Of a stretch of 64,000 bases of DNA, positions 38,341 to 47,820 are shown piece by piece; position 1 is the first letter of the stretch, and each line of letters begins with the position of its first letter. The DNA is taken from assembly GCA_963762565.1 (NCBI GenBank), contig CAVXLD010000001.1, forward strand, positions 960,001 through 1,024,000, read 5' to 3'. Made by a program: the position numbers and the translations under genes. This stretch comes from an uncultured Verrucomicrobiae bacterium (GTDB lineage Bacteria; Verrucomicrobiota; Verrucomicrobiia; Chthoniobacterales; JAFAMB01). A model generated the notes under the pieces. The model did no database searches and was not told where the DNA came from. It saw only the letters and a list, made by a program, of their open reading frames with translations.

Positions 38341-39777
38341 ATGTCGTCCATCCTGCTCACCGGGCTGGTCATCGTACTAGCTATTGGTTGGGCGTTCTCT
38401 GTCAGAAAACAACAACGCACCATCGCCCAACTGAAGCATGCTCGGGAAGAGCTTCAGCTGGAAGAGAGCCGCGTTTTTGATTTTCTGCACGGGTTAGGAG
38501 CGGCGTTTTCCGATGACGTGCATCCATCGGATTTGCATCGCTTGATCGTGGAAGGCGCGATGCGCATCATCGACGCGCATGCCGGAGCTCTTTATCTTTC
38601 GGATCGGACCGGCAAGATGCTGTTGCCGACCTTCATCTCCCCTGGATGTCCACCGCTAGTCGAGGTGCCAAAGTCCATTTTGGTGCAGAGCGGCACCAAC
38701 CCTTCCGCGATCGACAGTTTTTTACGTCTCCAACCGGTAAAGGCGGGCGAGGGACTCTTAGGGATGGTCTGGGAAAAACGGGAACCAGTTTTCTTGTCCA
38801 GCAATGATGATGACTCTCGTCTAGCCAGCCTTAAAAGCAGCACCCAACAGATCGATTCGGTCATGGTTGCTCCCCTGCTTTACGGAGACCAAAATTTAGG
38901 TGTTTTAGCGGTTGCCAATGGCCCCATGAGCACGCCGTTCTCACCTCCCGATTTCATCGTTTTCCAATCGATCGTAGAGCAGTCGGCGTTTGCGCTGTGC
39001 AATGCCATTGTCTACTCCGAAGCAGCAGAAAAACGCCGTATCGATCGGGATTTGAACACCGCTCGGGATATCCAACGAATTTTACTCCCTGCGGCCCCCC
39101 CTGATCTTCCCGGATACGAAATCGCAGGCGTGAATATCCCAGCCAGCCAGGTAAGTGGGGATTATTACGACTACATTCCCATCGCGGCCGATCGGTTTGG
39201 GATAGCGATTGCCGATGTCTGTGGAAAGGGTGTACCTGCCTCGCTAATTATGGCGATGTGCCGCAGTGTTCTCCGGTCGGTGGCCCCGTCGAGTTCCTCG
39301 GCGGCAGGGGCCCTTCATCAGGTGAATCGGCAACTGTACCCGGACATCAGGGAGGACATGTTTATCAGCATGGCATATCTTATTCTGGAAAAATCCAGCG
39401 ATCACCTGCTGCTGGCTCGCGCCGGCCATGATGCTCCGCTCCTTTACCGAGCAGCCGACAAATCGGTCCAAAAGGTCAACCCGCCCGGTATGGCCCTCGG
39501 AATTGACAGCGGGGGCGTTTTCGATAGGGTGACTGGCGATTTTACGGTCCACGTGGAGAGTGGGGATTGTCTGATTCTCTACACTGACGGAGTGACCGAA
39601 GCGCTTGACACCAATGGCATAGAATTCGGGATTGCGAGATTGATCGAGGTGATCCAAGGCAGCGCCGACGAAAGCGCACAAAGGGTCGTCGCTGAAGTGA
39701 CCGAAAAAGTACGGGCCTTCGTCGGCACCCAAGCTCAGAACGACGACATTACCTTGGTCGCCATTCGGAAAGTATGA
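38341..39777 (+). CDS. Membrane-anchored GAF + PP2C (SpoIIE/RsbU-type) phosphatase
   Basis: N-terminal TM, GAF region, SGDYYD, IADVCGKG, LYTDGVTEA, DDITLV. Confidence 0.9.
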   Translation: MSSILLTGLVIVLAIGWAFSVRKQQRTIAQLKHAREELQLEESRVFDFLHGLGAAFSDDVHPSDLHRLIVEGAMRIIDAHAGALYLSDRTGKMLLPTFISPGCPPLVEVPKSILVQSGTNPSAIDSFLRLQPVKAGEGLLGMVWEKREPVFLSSNDDDSRLASLKSSTQQIDSVMVAPLLYGDQNLGVLAVANGPMSTPFSPPDFIVFQSIVEQSAFALCNAIVYSEAAEKRRIDRDLNTARDIQRILLPAAPPDLPGYEIAGVNIPASQVSGDYYDYIPIAADRFGIAIADVCGKGVPASLIMAMCRSVLRSVAPSSSSAAGALHQVNRQLYPDIREDMFISMAYLILEKSSDHLLLARAGHDAPLLYRAADKSVQKVNPPGMALGIDSGGVFDRVTGDFTVHVESGDCLILYTDGVTEALDTNGIEFGIARLIEVIQGSADESAQRVVAEVTEKVRAFVGTQAQNDDITLVAIRKV

Positions 39778-40421
39778 CTGACTCATCAAAAGATTTTGAA
39801 AGCAAGGAACACACTAGAACCGGCGAGAACGCTGAAGAGCAGAATGTGACGCTCGTGACGAACTTAGGAAACACTGACCCAGAAGCGATGTCGACCCAGA
39901 CAAACAGCGCACCGGATCCGTCTTCGGACCCGGCTCGGCAAGTAGCCGAATTACAAGCCGAGGTGAGCAAATACAAAGATGCCGCTCTCCGGGCGGTAGC
40001 CGACCTTGATAACTATCGAAAAAGAGTGTCTCGGGAACGTGACGAATCGGTCAAATACGCAAACACTGCTTTCCTGGAACGCCTAATTCCTATCCTCGAT
40101 AATTTCGAGCTCGGCCTTCAGGCTGCTCGCAACGCTCCGGGGGCCGCCCCCATTGTGGACGGGTTGTCTATGGTTTATAAGCAGCTTCAGGAGTTTCTGG
40201 CCAATAGCGGTGTCGAAATCATCGACGCCGCCGGACACACTTTCGATCCCAACCTTCACGAGGCGTTGGCCCAGGAGGAAAGTCGCGAGGTTCCAGAGGG
40301 TAAAGTCATTCGACAGGTGCGAAGAGGCTATCGTTTGCGGGACCGCCTGCTACGCCCGGCGAATGTTGTAGTTTCAAAAGGCGCCCCCCGGCAAGTAGCG
40401 ACGGAAACGGAGGGAGAGTAA
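39774..40421 (+). CDS. grpE: Nucleotide exchange factor GrpE
   Basis: ADLDNYRKR, PILDNFE, FDPNLHEA, GY.L.DRLLRPA.VVV; start may be 39888. Confidence 0.95.
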   Translation: MTDSSKDFESKEHTRTGENAEEQNVTLVTNLGNTDPEAMSTQTNSAPDPSSDPARQVAELQAEVSKYKDAALRAVADLDNYRKRVSRERDESVKYANTAFLERLIPILDNFELGLQAARNAPGAAPIVDGLSMVYKQLQEFLANSGVEIIDAAGHTFDPNLHEALAQEESREVPEGKVIRQVRRGYRLRDRLLRPANVVVSKGAPRQVATETEGE

Positions 40422-40424
40422 GTG

Positions 40425-41588
40425 ATGGCGACCAAGCGGGACTACTACGAAGTCTTGGGCGTCGATCGTAAGGCTTCAACTGAAGAGCTGAAAAAGGCTT
40501 ACCGTAAGCTCGCGGTAAAATATCATCCCGATAAGAATCCCGGCGATCCGACTGCCGAAGAAAAATTCAAAGAGATCGGTGAGGCTTACGAGGTTCTTCT
40601 GGATCCGAATAAACGGGCTGCGTACGACCAGTTCGGTCATGCCGCTTTTTCACCAGGAGCCGCTGCCGGTCGGGGAGGGTTTAGTGGCGGTGGGTTCCAC
40701 GATCCATTCGATATTTTCCGTGAAGTATTCGGAGGAATGGCCGGCGAAGGCGCCGGCAGCATTTTCGATCAGCTGTTTGGCACTGGCGCAAGTCCTCGGG
40801 ATCGCAGCGGACGGCAGCGAGGATCCGATCTCCGGTACGACCTGCAGATCACTCTCGAAGAGGCCGCCTTCGGCACCGAACGAGAGGTCGAGATCCTCAA
40901 ACACGACGCCTGTACGCGTTGTAATGCCACCGGCGCTGAGGCGGGTTCTAAAGCCACCACTTGCCCAGTTTGTCATGGACGCGGTCAAGTCGTTACTTCG
41001 CGCGGCTTTTTCCAAGTGTCACAAACTTGTCCCCGTTGTCGGGGAACCGGACAAGTAATTGAACGTCCGTGCCGCGACTGTAACGGTGAGGGACGCCTTG
41101 AGAAACGTTCTCGGATTAAGCTCAAGATTCCCGCGGGCATCGATGACGGAGCTAAGCTGAGGTCGATGCGAAATGGCGAAGCCGGTGTCCGGGGCGGACA
41201 GTCCGGCGACCTGTACGTGGTGATTCATATCCGCGAACACGAGATTTTTTCGCGGGATGAGGATGATCTCTTTTGCGAAGTACCCATCTCTTTTGCCGTA
41301 GCCGCCCTTGGTGGAGAATTAAAGGTTCCGACCTTGCAAGGGCAGGCCATGCTTAAAATTCCACCTGGGACTCAAGGCGGAACGCAATTTCGGTTGAGAG
41401 GGTATGGAATCACCAATATCGATTCTAAAACTAAAGGGGATTTACGCGTTCGTGTCCTGGTTGAAGTACCGACCAGACTAAACGGCGAGCAGCGAAAGAA
41501 ATTGGAAGAGTTTGCCGCTTCGTGTGGGGATGACAACACCCCCATACACCGAACGTTTTTTGATAAGGCGAAGGATTTCTTCCGTTAG
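40425..41588 (+). CDS. dnaJ: Chaperone DnaJ
   Basis: J domain with HPD, G/F region, four CxxCxGxG repeats. Confidence 0.97.
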   Translation: MATKRDYYEVLGVDRKASTEELKKAYRKLAVKYHPDKNPGDPTAEEKFKEIGEAYEVLLDPNKRAAYDQFGHAAFSPGAAAGRGGFSGGGFHDPFDIFREVFGGMAGEGAGSIFDQLFGTGASPRDRSGRQRGSDLRYDLQITLEEAAFGTEREVEILKHDACTRCNATGAEAGSKATTCPVCHGRGQVVTSRGFFQVSQTCPRCRGTGQVIERPCRDCNGEGRLEKRSRIKLKIPAGIDDGAKLRSMRNGEAGVRGGQSGDLYVVIHIREHEIFSRDEDDLFCEVPISFAVAALGGELKVPTLQGQAMLKIPPGTQGGTQFRLRGYGITNIDSKTKGDLRVRVLVEVPTRLNGEQRKKLEEFAASCGDDNTPIHRTFFDKAKDFFR

Positions 41589-41636
41589 GTTTTGCAACCC
41601 GCAAAAATGCGTGTGCATTTGTAATCGTTGCACACT

Positions 41637-42398
41637 ATGCAGACTCACCGGTTTTTTATTCGGCCTGAATCCTGGGCTCCCGATCGACTAGAGCTTGATC
41701 AGGACGAGGCGCATCATTGCATCGATGTGCTCCGAGCCACCGTCGGGCAGCGGATCGTTGTATTCAACGGGCGCGGCATCGAAGCTGTAGCAGAGATTTC
41801 CGGTACCGCGAGGTCTCGGGTTCAGCTCAAAACTTTGCAGATATCGCAAACGCCTCCGTTGCCCTGCGCCATCACCCTGGCGCAAGCGATCCCAAAGGGC
41901 AAAAACATGGATTTGATCGTTCAAAAGGGGACCGAATTAGGCGTATCGAAGATCGTTCCATTAATTTCAGAACGGACGGTGATACAAATTGCGGCGGAAG
42001 AGAGCGACAAGAAGACAGAAAAATGGCAGCAAATCGTGGTCGAAGCCGGCAAGCAAAGTGGGCAGAGCCGATTGCCGGAAGTGACTCCGCCGGTGACGCC
42101 AAAACAATTCTTCGCTGACTTTGATCGGTACGAAATTGCGTTGATCGCGTCGTTGCAGACTGATGCCCGCAGCTTCAAAAGTGCACTATCGGATTTTCGG
42201 GAACAAAATGGCAGACGTCCAAGGAATGTCCTTGTCTTAATTGGACCTGAGGGAGATTTCACTCCAGCAGAAGCCGCGTTGGCGAAGAGCGCGGGTTGTG
42301 TACCCATCTCCTTAGGTCCGATCGTCCTACGAACCGAGACAGCCGCGATTTACTGTTTGAGCGTTCTCTCCTACGAGCTACAGGGAAACGACGTGTGA
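41637..42398 (+). CDS. rsmE: 16S rRNA m3U1498 methyltransferase
   Basis: HH..VLR, KGTELGV, LIGPEGDF, LGPIVLRTETA. Confidence 0.95.
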   Translation: MQTHRFFIRPESWAPDRLELDQDEAHHCIDVLRATVGQRIVVFNGRGIEAVAEISGTARSRVQLKTLQISQTPPLPCAITLAQAIPKGKNMDLIVQKGTELGVSKIVPLISERTVIQIAAEESDKKTEKWQQIVVEAGKQSGQSRLPEVTPPVTPKQFFADFDRYEIALIASLQTDARSFKSALSDFREQNGRRPRNVLVLIGPEGDFTPAEAALAKSAGCVPISLGPIVLRTETAAIYCLSVLSYELQGNDV

Positions 42399-42418
42399 AA
42401 TCAGGCGGACCAAAGAGT

Positions 42419-42491
42419 AACCGCGAATGCACCCGAATAGACGCGAATAGAATGGGATTTTATTCGCGTTCATTCGCGTTCATTCGCGGTT
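42419..42491. repeat. Inverted 10-bp-periodic repeat doublet (CGCGAAT family)
   Basis: AACCGCGAATGCACCCGAATAGACGCGAATA facing TATTCGCGTTCATTCGCGTTCATTCGCGGTT. Confidence 0.85.
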
Positions 42492-43588
42492 GGTTTTTTT
42501 CTTCTCTCTTGGTTCTCGCTCTGGTTTTTGGCTTCACGGTTTGCCGGGCATCGGCGTTCAATTGGACAATCCTCAAAGAGAATGGACGTGATTACATTCC
42601 TTTGACCGATCTGGCCCGGTTCTACGATTTCAATACCGCAGAAGTTTCTAACGGAGTCTGCACACTCAATTGCACTGCCGTCCATTTCCAATGCGCATCG
42701 GGTTCCCGCGATCTTTTCCTCAACGGGCTGAAGTTCATCCTTAGTCTCCCAATTCTCGATATCCAGGGTACGCTTTGTATCTCACGGTTGGATTTGGCGA
42801 AGTTGGTCGACCCGGTGCTTCGTCCAACCAAAATTTCTGCATCACCCGTGCGAACGGTGGTCATCGACCCCGGCCATGGAGGAACAGACTCTGGTGCTCG
42901 GGGAATGTTAGGGAACGAGAAAGATTATACTCTCGATGTAGCGCTGCGAGCAGCCGACCTCTTTACTAGAGCCGGTTTTAATGTGCGCATGACCCGGTCC
43001 AGCGATGTTTACGTTCCGCTGGAAAGCCGAGCGCTATTCGCCAGTTTTCAGCCCGACGCTGTCTTTCTCAGCATTCACTTCAATTACGGAATGGGCCCCA
43101 CCGCAGAAGGAGTTGAGACATATTGCCTGGCGCCGAGAGGTGTTCCCTCGACCAACGATCTCGGTCTCACCTTTGCCGATTTTGAGGAGTGTACCGGTAA
43201 TGTTCGAGACCCTGAGAATATTGCTTTGGCGACAGCGATCCATGCTTCGCTCATTACCCGGTTGGTCGTTCCCGACCGAGGAGTTAAACGGGCTCGATTT
43301 CTGGTGCTCCGGAATAACGCTATTCCCGGTGTGCTGATCGAAGGCGGATTTCTGACCAACCCGAGGGACGCACTTCGGGTGGCTTCCCCAGCCTATCGGG
43401 AATTGTTAGCAGACGCTATTGTGCGTGGTGTGATGTCCTACAATCGCGCAATTGCTCGTGGATCCCTTAGGCCGCCAGCCGATATTTCCGCTAAACCTCC
43501 ACCTGTAGGCGGATCGGAGACTTTCTCCGGCAGCCTCATCTGGGATCCCCTCACTTCCAATGTCTTCTCTCGAGACGTCGAACCCTAG
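42452..43588 (+). CDS. N-acetylmuramoyl-L-alanine amidase (Amidase_3)
   Basis: VVIDPGHGG.D.GA, EKDYTL, FLSIHFN, VLIEGGFLTN; N-terminal TM; start uncertain. Confidence 0.9.
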   Translation: MGFYSRSFAFIRGWFFSSLLVLALVFGFTVCRASAFNWTILKENGRDYIPLTDLARFYDFNTAEVSNGVCTLNCTAVHFQCASGSRDLFLNGLKFILSLPILDIQGTLCISRLDLAKLVDPVLRPTKISASPVRTVVIDPGHGGTDSGARGMLGNEKDYTLDVALRAADLFTRAGFNVRMTRSSDVYVPLESRALFASFQPDAVFLSIHFNYGMGPTAEGVETYCLAPRGVPSTNDLGLTFADFEECTGNVRDPENIALATAIHASLITRLVVPDRGVKRARFLVLRNNAIPGVLIEGGFLTNPRDALRVASPAYRELLADAIVRGVMSYNRAIARGSLRPPADISAKPPPVGGSETFSGSLIWDPLTSNVFSRDVEP

Positions 43589-44411
43589 CCGGCCAGATCA
43601 ACCCATCGGTGTTTTCGATTCGGGCATCGGCGGACTCACTGTTGTCCGAGCCATCAAGGATGCACTGCCGAAAGAAGACATCTTCTATTTAGGCGATACC
43701 GCGCGTTTACCCTATGGCAATAAGGATCGAACCACCATTGAGCGGTACAGCTTGGAGATCGCCGGCTTGCTCACCGTTGAGGGCGCTAAGGTGATCGTGG
43801 TAGCTTGTAACACCGCCTCAGCTTTGGCGTTGCCTCGGCTTCAAGAAGTCTTTCGAATCCCGATCATCGGCGTAATCGAATCGGGCGCCCGAGCAGCTGT
43901 TGCCGCTACGCGCGAAAAACGCGTTGGGATTATCGGCACCCGAGCCACCGTCGCCAGCGGTGCTTATGAACGAGCAATCCACGCTATCGACCCGGCGATC
44001 GCGGTTCTCAGCCAGCCTTGCCCTCTCCTGGTCCCCCTTATTGAAGAAGGAATGTTCGATCACCCGGTCACGATCGAGATGTTGCATGACTATCTAGACC
44101 CGCTAATGACCGAGGGAATCGATACGTTGGTGCTGGCCTGCACCCATTATCCTCTGCTGAAGAAGGCGATCGCCGGAATGACGGGCGATGAAATTATCCT
44201 CGTTGATTCAGCCGAGAATTGCGCGGCAAACGTGCAACAACTTCTGACCCAATCACAGTTAGCGAACACCGCTGAACGCCCGGGTAACCTACAGGTCGCT
44301 CTCACTGATAGTTCCAACCCGTTCTTCAAGACCGCAGATCGGGCCCTCGAACTGAACATTAACCGAGTGCAAACCCGGATCGTCCAAGGGGTGACCTTGG
44401 CGGCGCTGTAA
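43560..44411 (+). CDS. murI: Glutamate racemase
   Basis: GVFDSGIGGLTV, ACNTAS, LACTHYP. Confidence 0.96.
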   Translation: MSSLETSNPSRPDQPIGVFDSGIGGLTVVRAIKDALPKEDIFYLGDTARLPYGNKDRTTIERYSLEIAGLLTVEGAKVIVVACNTASALALPRLQEVFRIPIIGVIESGARAAVAATREKRVGIIGTRATVASGAYERAIHAIDPAIAVLSQPCPLLVPLIEEGMFDHPVTIEMLHDYLDPLMTEGIDTLVLACTHYPLLKKAIAGMTGDEIILVDSAENCAANVQQLLTQSQLANTAERPGNLQVALTDSSNPFFKTADRALELNINRVQTRIVQGVTLAAL

Positions 44412-44501
44412 AAGCAGGAGCTAGGAGCTAGTCAGGGGAGGCGCCACGCGCCTTGTCGCAATCGTTCTCGAAGGGTTTGTGCGGCCGTGAATGTGTCGCT
44501 C

Positions 44502-44718
44502 CCCAGCGCCTGGAGGGGAGCCGCTTTGTAGGTTGGCAGCTCTGTCGGTTGGCTGCAGGCGGCTCCCGGGAATAACCACTGGTAGTGTTTTGTCGAGCGC
44601 CTTCGTTACTCCAATCGCTCTCCGTGATAGAACCGACGCTGGGTCATTCCCGGGGAGCCGCCTGCTCGCAACCATCAGAGCTGCCAACCTATAAAGCGGC
44701 TCCCCTCCAGGCGCTGGG
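44502..44718. repeat. Four-arm REP-like doublet, family A, copy 4
   Basis: 43-bp outer IR (44502-44544/44676-44718, one G-U pair); inner arms at about 44555 and 44646; flanked by inverted (GCTAGGA)n arrays at 44417 and 44801. Confidence 0.93.
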
Positions 44719-44748
44719 TGTCACACGTACTCCCCGCATTCCCAATTT

Positions 44749-44776
44749 TCGAGGACGAGGACGACGACGAGAACGA
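44749..44776 (+). repeat. Short GAGGAC/GACGAC array
   Basis: CGAGGACGAGGACGACGACGAGAACGA; same motif at 56102-56135 and in reverse at 54253-54294. Confidence 0.8.
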
Positions 44777-44846
44777 TTACGACATGCCGCAGCGCCCCCA
44801 CTAGCTCCTAGATTCTAGCTCCTAGCTCCTGCTTCAAGACCCGCCC

Positions 44847-46157
44847 CTACCCCAGATATGGTATCGTCAGCGGCCCTTGCGGCAGAACCGCAATCCGTGC
44901 TCCATCTCCTGCCCGATCCAGACGCTCTCTCACCGCTTGGGCGATATCATGGCAGGGCTGCAGTTTTGCCTCCGAAACCTTTTCATCCGAGAGTCCGCTG
45001 TAGACCAACACTTCCGCCCGTCGCTGGATCACCATCTGCACGATCACCTGCCATTGTTCCGGTTCTTCCCGGGTTGGGTCTGTGATGTACCGGAACAAAG
45101 CTTCAAATGAGTCTGAGTGCTTTAACAGACGCTCGTAAGGACTGCCGTTCGGTACTCCGTCAGAACATTCGCTAGCGATAATGATGGTTCCGCCTTTCCG
45201 AACGATTCTAGCAGCAGCACTCATCCCTTTTACCGCTTGATAAAGATTTTGGTCCAGCGGGTAACCGCTGTTGGTCGTAACCACTACTTCATAGGGCGCC
45301 GTCACCTTCTGCATCGCGGTTTGCCGCACGAAATCGCAGCCTTCACGATGGGCGCTGATCAAGTGTCCGGAAAAGACTCCAGTGATTTCGCGACTCTCGT
45401 TAAGCGTCACGTTCACGAGAAAACTTTCCCCAACTAACAACGCCAAGTCGCGCATCTCTTCCCAGATCGGATTTCCCTCGAGCACACCAAACGAGGCTTG
45501 CGGATTGCTAAGATTTACGCCGCTGTGATTCTGCAAAACGGTGCGCAACCCAGCCACGCCCGGCATAATCCCTTTCGGTCCTCCACTGAACCCGGCAAAG
45601 AAATGAGGTTCGATAAACCCAGTGCTGATTCGAACATCCGCTTCGACCACGCGCCGGTTAATTAACGCCGGGCCACCGGCTCGGGTGGTTCCAACCTGCA
45701 CCAATTCATTCGGATCATCGGCGTTATGATTCAGCACTCGATACCGCTCTACCACCTCGTCAGTCAGCAATTGTCGCAGCTCTGCGTCCGTGTTTGGCCT
45801 ATGCGTCCCTGTGCCGTTGATGAGGGTGATGTTGCTCGCCGGAACTACCTCAATCAGATACTCGAGCAACCACGGTATGATCCGTTCATTCGGAGTCGCC
45901 CGGGTGATGTCCGTAAAGACAATGCAAACCCGAGCATCGGGAAAAAGATGCTCTCGAAGCGACCTGCTTCCGATGGGATGATTCAGCGACCGTAAGAAAC
46001 TCTCTTTCTCGTCTTTCAAGCCGGGTACCGACACCGGCTCGATGACATCGGTCCGGTCTCCCGGCAATTCAACGTCGAGAAACCCGCGTCCGTAGGCGAG
46101 CTGAACTGTACGGGTTGGGTCCACCTTCCACGATATACCAGCATCTCCAGGGGACAA
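44847..46157 (-). CDS. larA: LarA family nickel-pincer-dependent alpha-hydroxy acid racemase
   Basis: DITRATP, GTHRPNT, IEPHFFAGFSGGPK, GYPLDQNLYQAVKG; start uncertain. Confidence 0.85.
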   Translation of the reverse strand: MSPGDAGISWKVDPTRTVQLAYGRGFLDVELPGDRTDVIEPVSVPGLKDEKESFLRSLNHPIGSRSLREHLFPDARVCIVFTDITRATPNERIIPWLLEYLIEVVPASNITLINGTGTHRPNTDAELRQLLTDEVVERYRVLNHNADDPNELVQVGTTRAGGPALINRRVVEADVRISTGFIEPHFFAGFSGGPKGIMPGVAGLRTVLQNHSGVNLSNPQASFGVLEGNPIWEEMRDLALLVGESFLVNVTLNESREITGVFSGHLISAHREGCDFVRQTAMQKVTAPYEVVVTTNSGYPLDQNLYQAVKGMSAAARIVRKGGTIIIASECSDGVPNGSPYERLLKHSDSFEALFRYITDPTREEPEQWQVIVQMVIQRRAEVLVYSGLSDEKVSEAKLQPCHDIAQAVRERLDRAGDGARIAVLPQGPLTIPYLG

Positions 46158-46226
46158 ACCTAAGTAATCAGTAAATTCAAGTCTCAGCGCCGGCTTTACC
46201 GCTCTTCACTGATTACTGCTTACTGA

Positions 46227-46719
46227 TTATTTTGTGCCACCTGGAGAGGCGCTTGCAGCCGGAGAAGCAGCCGGAGAAGCAGCCGGAGAAGCGGGCGGAG
46301 CGGGTCGGACGATATCCGCGTCGATCATCTTCGGGTACTCGATACTCACTCCGCCGAGCGTGTCTAGCCGAGCTGCATCACTCAGATCGGCAAAGCTGTA
46401 TATCGCCAGTCGTTGATCCGATAGCCAACCAGCACGGACCCCGACGTCTCCTTTATAGGACACGACATTCCCGTTGCCATCTCCCGGGCTCTCGTTAACC
46501 CGAAGAATAGAGACATTAGTGGTTACGGTCGATCCAACCCATTGCTGGCAAGACCGATGAAACACAACCGCCTTGAATTTGCCGTTTGGAGAAATCTCCT
46601 CGGACGAAACCGCGTTAGTACAAGGCACAGAAGGCCTCGAGCAAGCCGAGAGTATGCCGACCAGGGCAGCTACAGCCCCAAATAGCTAATCGGTTGTGAA
46701 AGTTCCACCAGACGCGCAT
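46227..46719 (-). pseudogene. Lipoprotein gene with a one-base frameshift in the signal peptide (or a sequencing error)
   Basis: ATG at 46719 reads MRVWWNFHNRLAI; the lipobox segment GAVAALVGILSAC and the body lie in another frame; C-terminal (SPAA)3 from a 12-bp repeat. Confidence 0.65.
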
Positions 46720-46764
46720 CCGGTAGAATCGGTGAAAAGTGAAAGGTGAAAAGTGAAAGGTTCT

Positions 46765-47003
46765 GGTAGGGCGAGGCTCCCGCATTTCCCAGCGAAGCGA
46801 TCAGCGCCGGGAATGGTTTCTTAACCGCGCGTAACGCTAGGCCGACTGGCCCGCCGAGCCGTTGACGCTGCGTGTGCCACGCCTGAAGGGAAAATCACAC
46901 GCGCAACCACGGCTCGGCGCGCGTTCGACATCGCAAGTTACATCTAAAAATCACACCACCCCCTCCGCGACAGCCCCTGGTCGTATAGGAGCCTCGCCCT
47001 ACC
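46765..47003. repeat. Four-arm REP-like doublet, family E, copy 1
   Basis: GGTAGGGCGAGGCTCCCGC..CCCGCCGAGCCG ... CGGCTCGGCG..GGAGCCTCGCCCTACC; preceded by a (GTGAAAA/G)4 array. Confidence 0.88.
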
Positions 47004-47006
47004 AAG

Positions 47007-47516
47007 TTACGCTTCCCGCGCCCGCTTCCTATTTCGAAAAACCGTGCAAATCCCCTTCATTCGGGTGAGCACATAGTAAACCGTGTGACTGCGAGCCCTT
47101 ACGAGTTCTGACCCGATAATTTTGGGGACGAAATCACTAGGTAGATCGAGGACCTCAGACAACGTCGCTCCTTCCAAGCCGCGGCAAAGGATCGAGGTCA
47201 TAGCCTTAGTGAGTGTCTGCACCTGCGGTCCCAGCGTGATACGGAAACGGACTTTGTTTCCTTCTGACACTCCTAAGAAAACGCCAACGGTGTCGGCACA
47301 TTCTTCGTCTTTCCGAATGTCCTCCAGATCGAACGATTCCCCTTCCCGCGGTCGCCACTTCGCCGTTTGCTCGGCGTAAGAAATCAAAGTCTCACGTTTC
47401 TCTTCGTCAGGAAGAGATACGAACAGATCGATGATGCTTTGCAGGCCGGTTGGATAGACAGAGGTGGAATCCACAACCTCTAACGATCCCAACTCATCCA
47501 GTTCCTCGCAATCCAT
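47007..47516 (-). CDS. SufE family sulfur-acceptor protein
   Basis: LISYA..., EC..TVGVFL single-Cys pattern; directly downstream of a rhodanese; start may be later. Confidence 0.75.
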   Translation of the reverse strand: MDCEELDELGSLEVVDSTSVYPTGLQSIIDLFVSLPDEEKRETLISYAEQTAKWRPREGESFDLEDIRKDEECADTVGVFLGVSEGNKVRFRITLGPQVQTLTKAMTSILCRGLEGATLSEVLDLPSDFVPKIIGSELVRARSHTVYYVLTRMKGICTVFRNRKRAREA

Positions 47517-47544
47517 TTGTTTTTGTTACGGTAGGCCAACGCCA

Positions 47545-47811
47545 GGGAGGGATCGCTGCCTGTCCGACATAGCCCTCTGTGTTGGGGCGGTTCTTGCTCA
47601 GTGTCGGCGACGTCGGATCCTCGCGATCCGCCGCGCCCGAAGCGACTGGCGTTGCTAAACCCGCGGTCATTTCGGCGCCCCTAGACTTCGGCAACGACCC
47701 ATTGGCGCGCGACGCCGCCGCTGCGCTATGGCGCGCCCTACCTCGAGGTCTCATAACGCCAGAGAACATGGCCGCGACGAAGGCCTTGCGTAGTCGGGAC
47801 GCGCGCCTCCC
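47545..47811. repeat. Family B doublet with family F palindromes nested in both hairpin loops
   Basis: GGGAGGGATCGC[61 nt]TCCTCGCGATCCG ... GGCGCGCGA[84 nt]GGACGCGCGCCTCCC. Confidence 0.8.
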
Positions 47812-47820
47812 GGTTGATCG

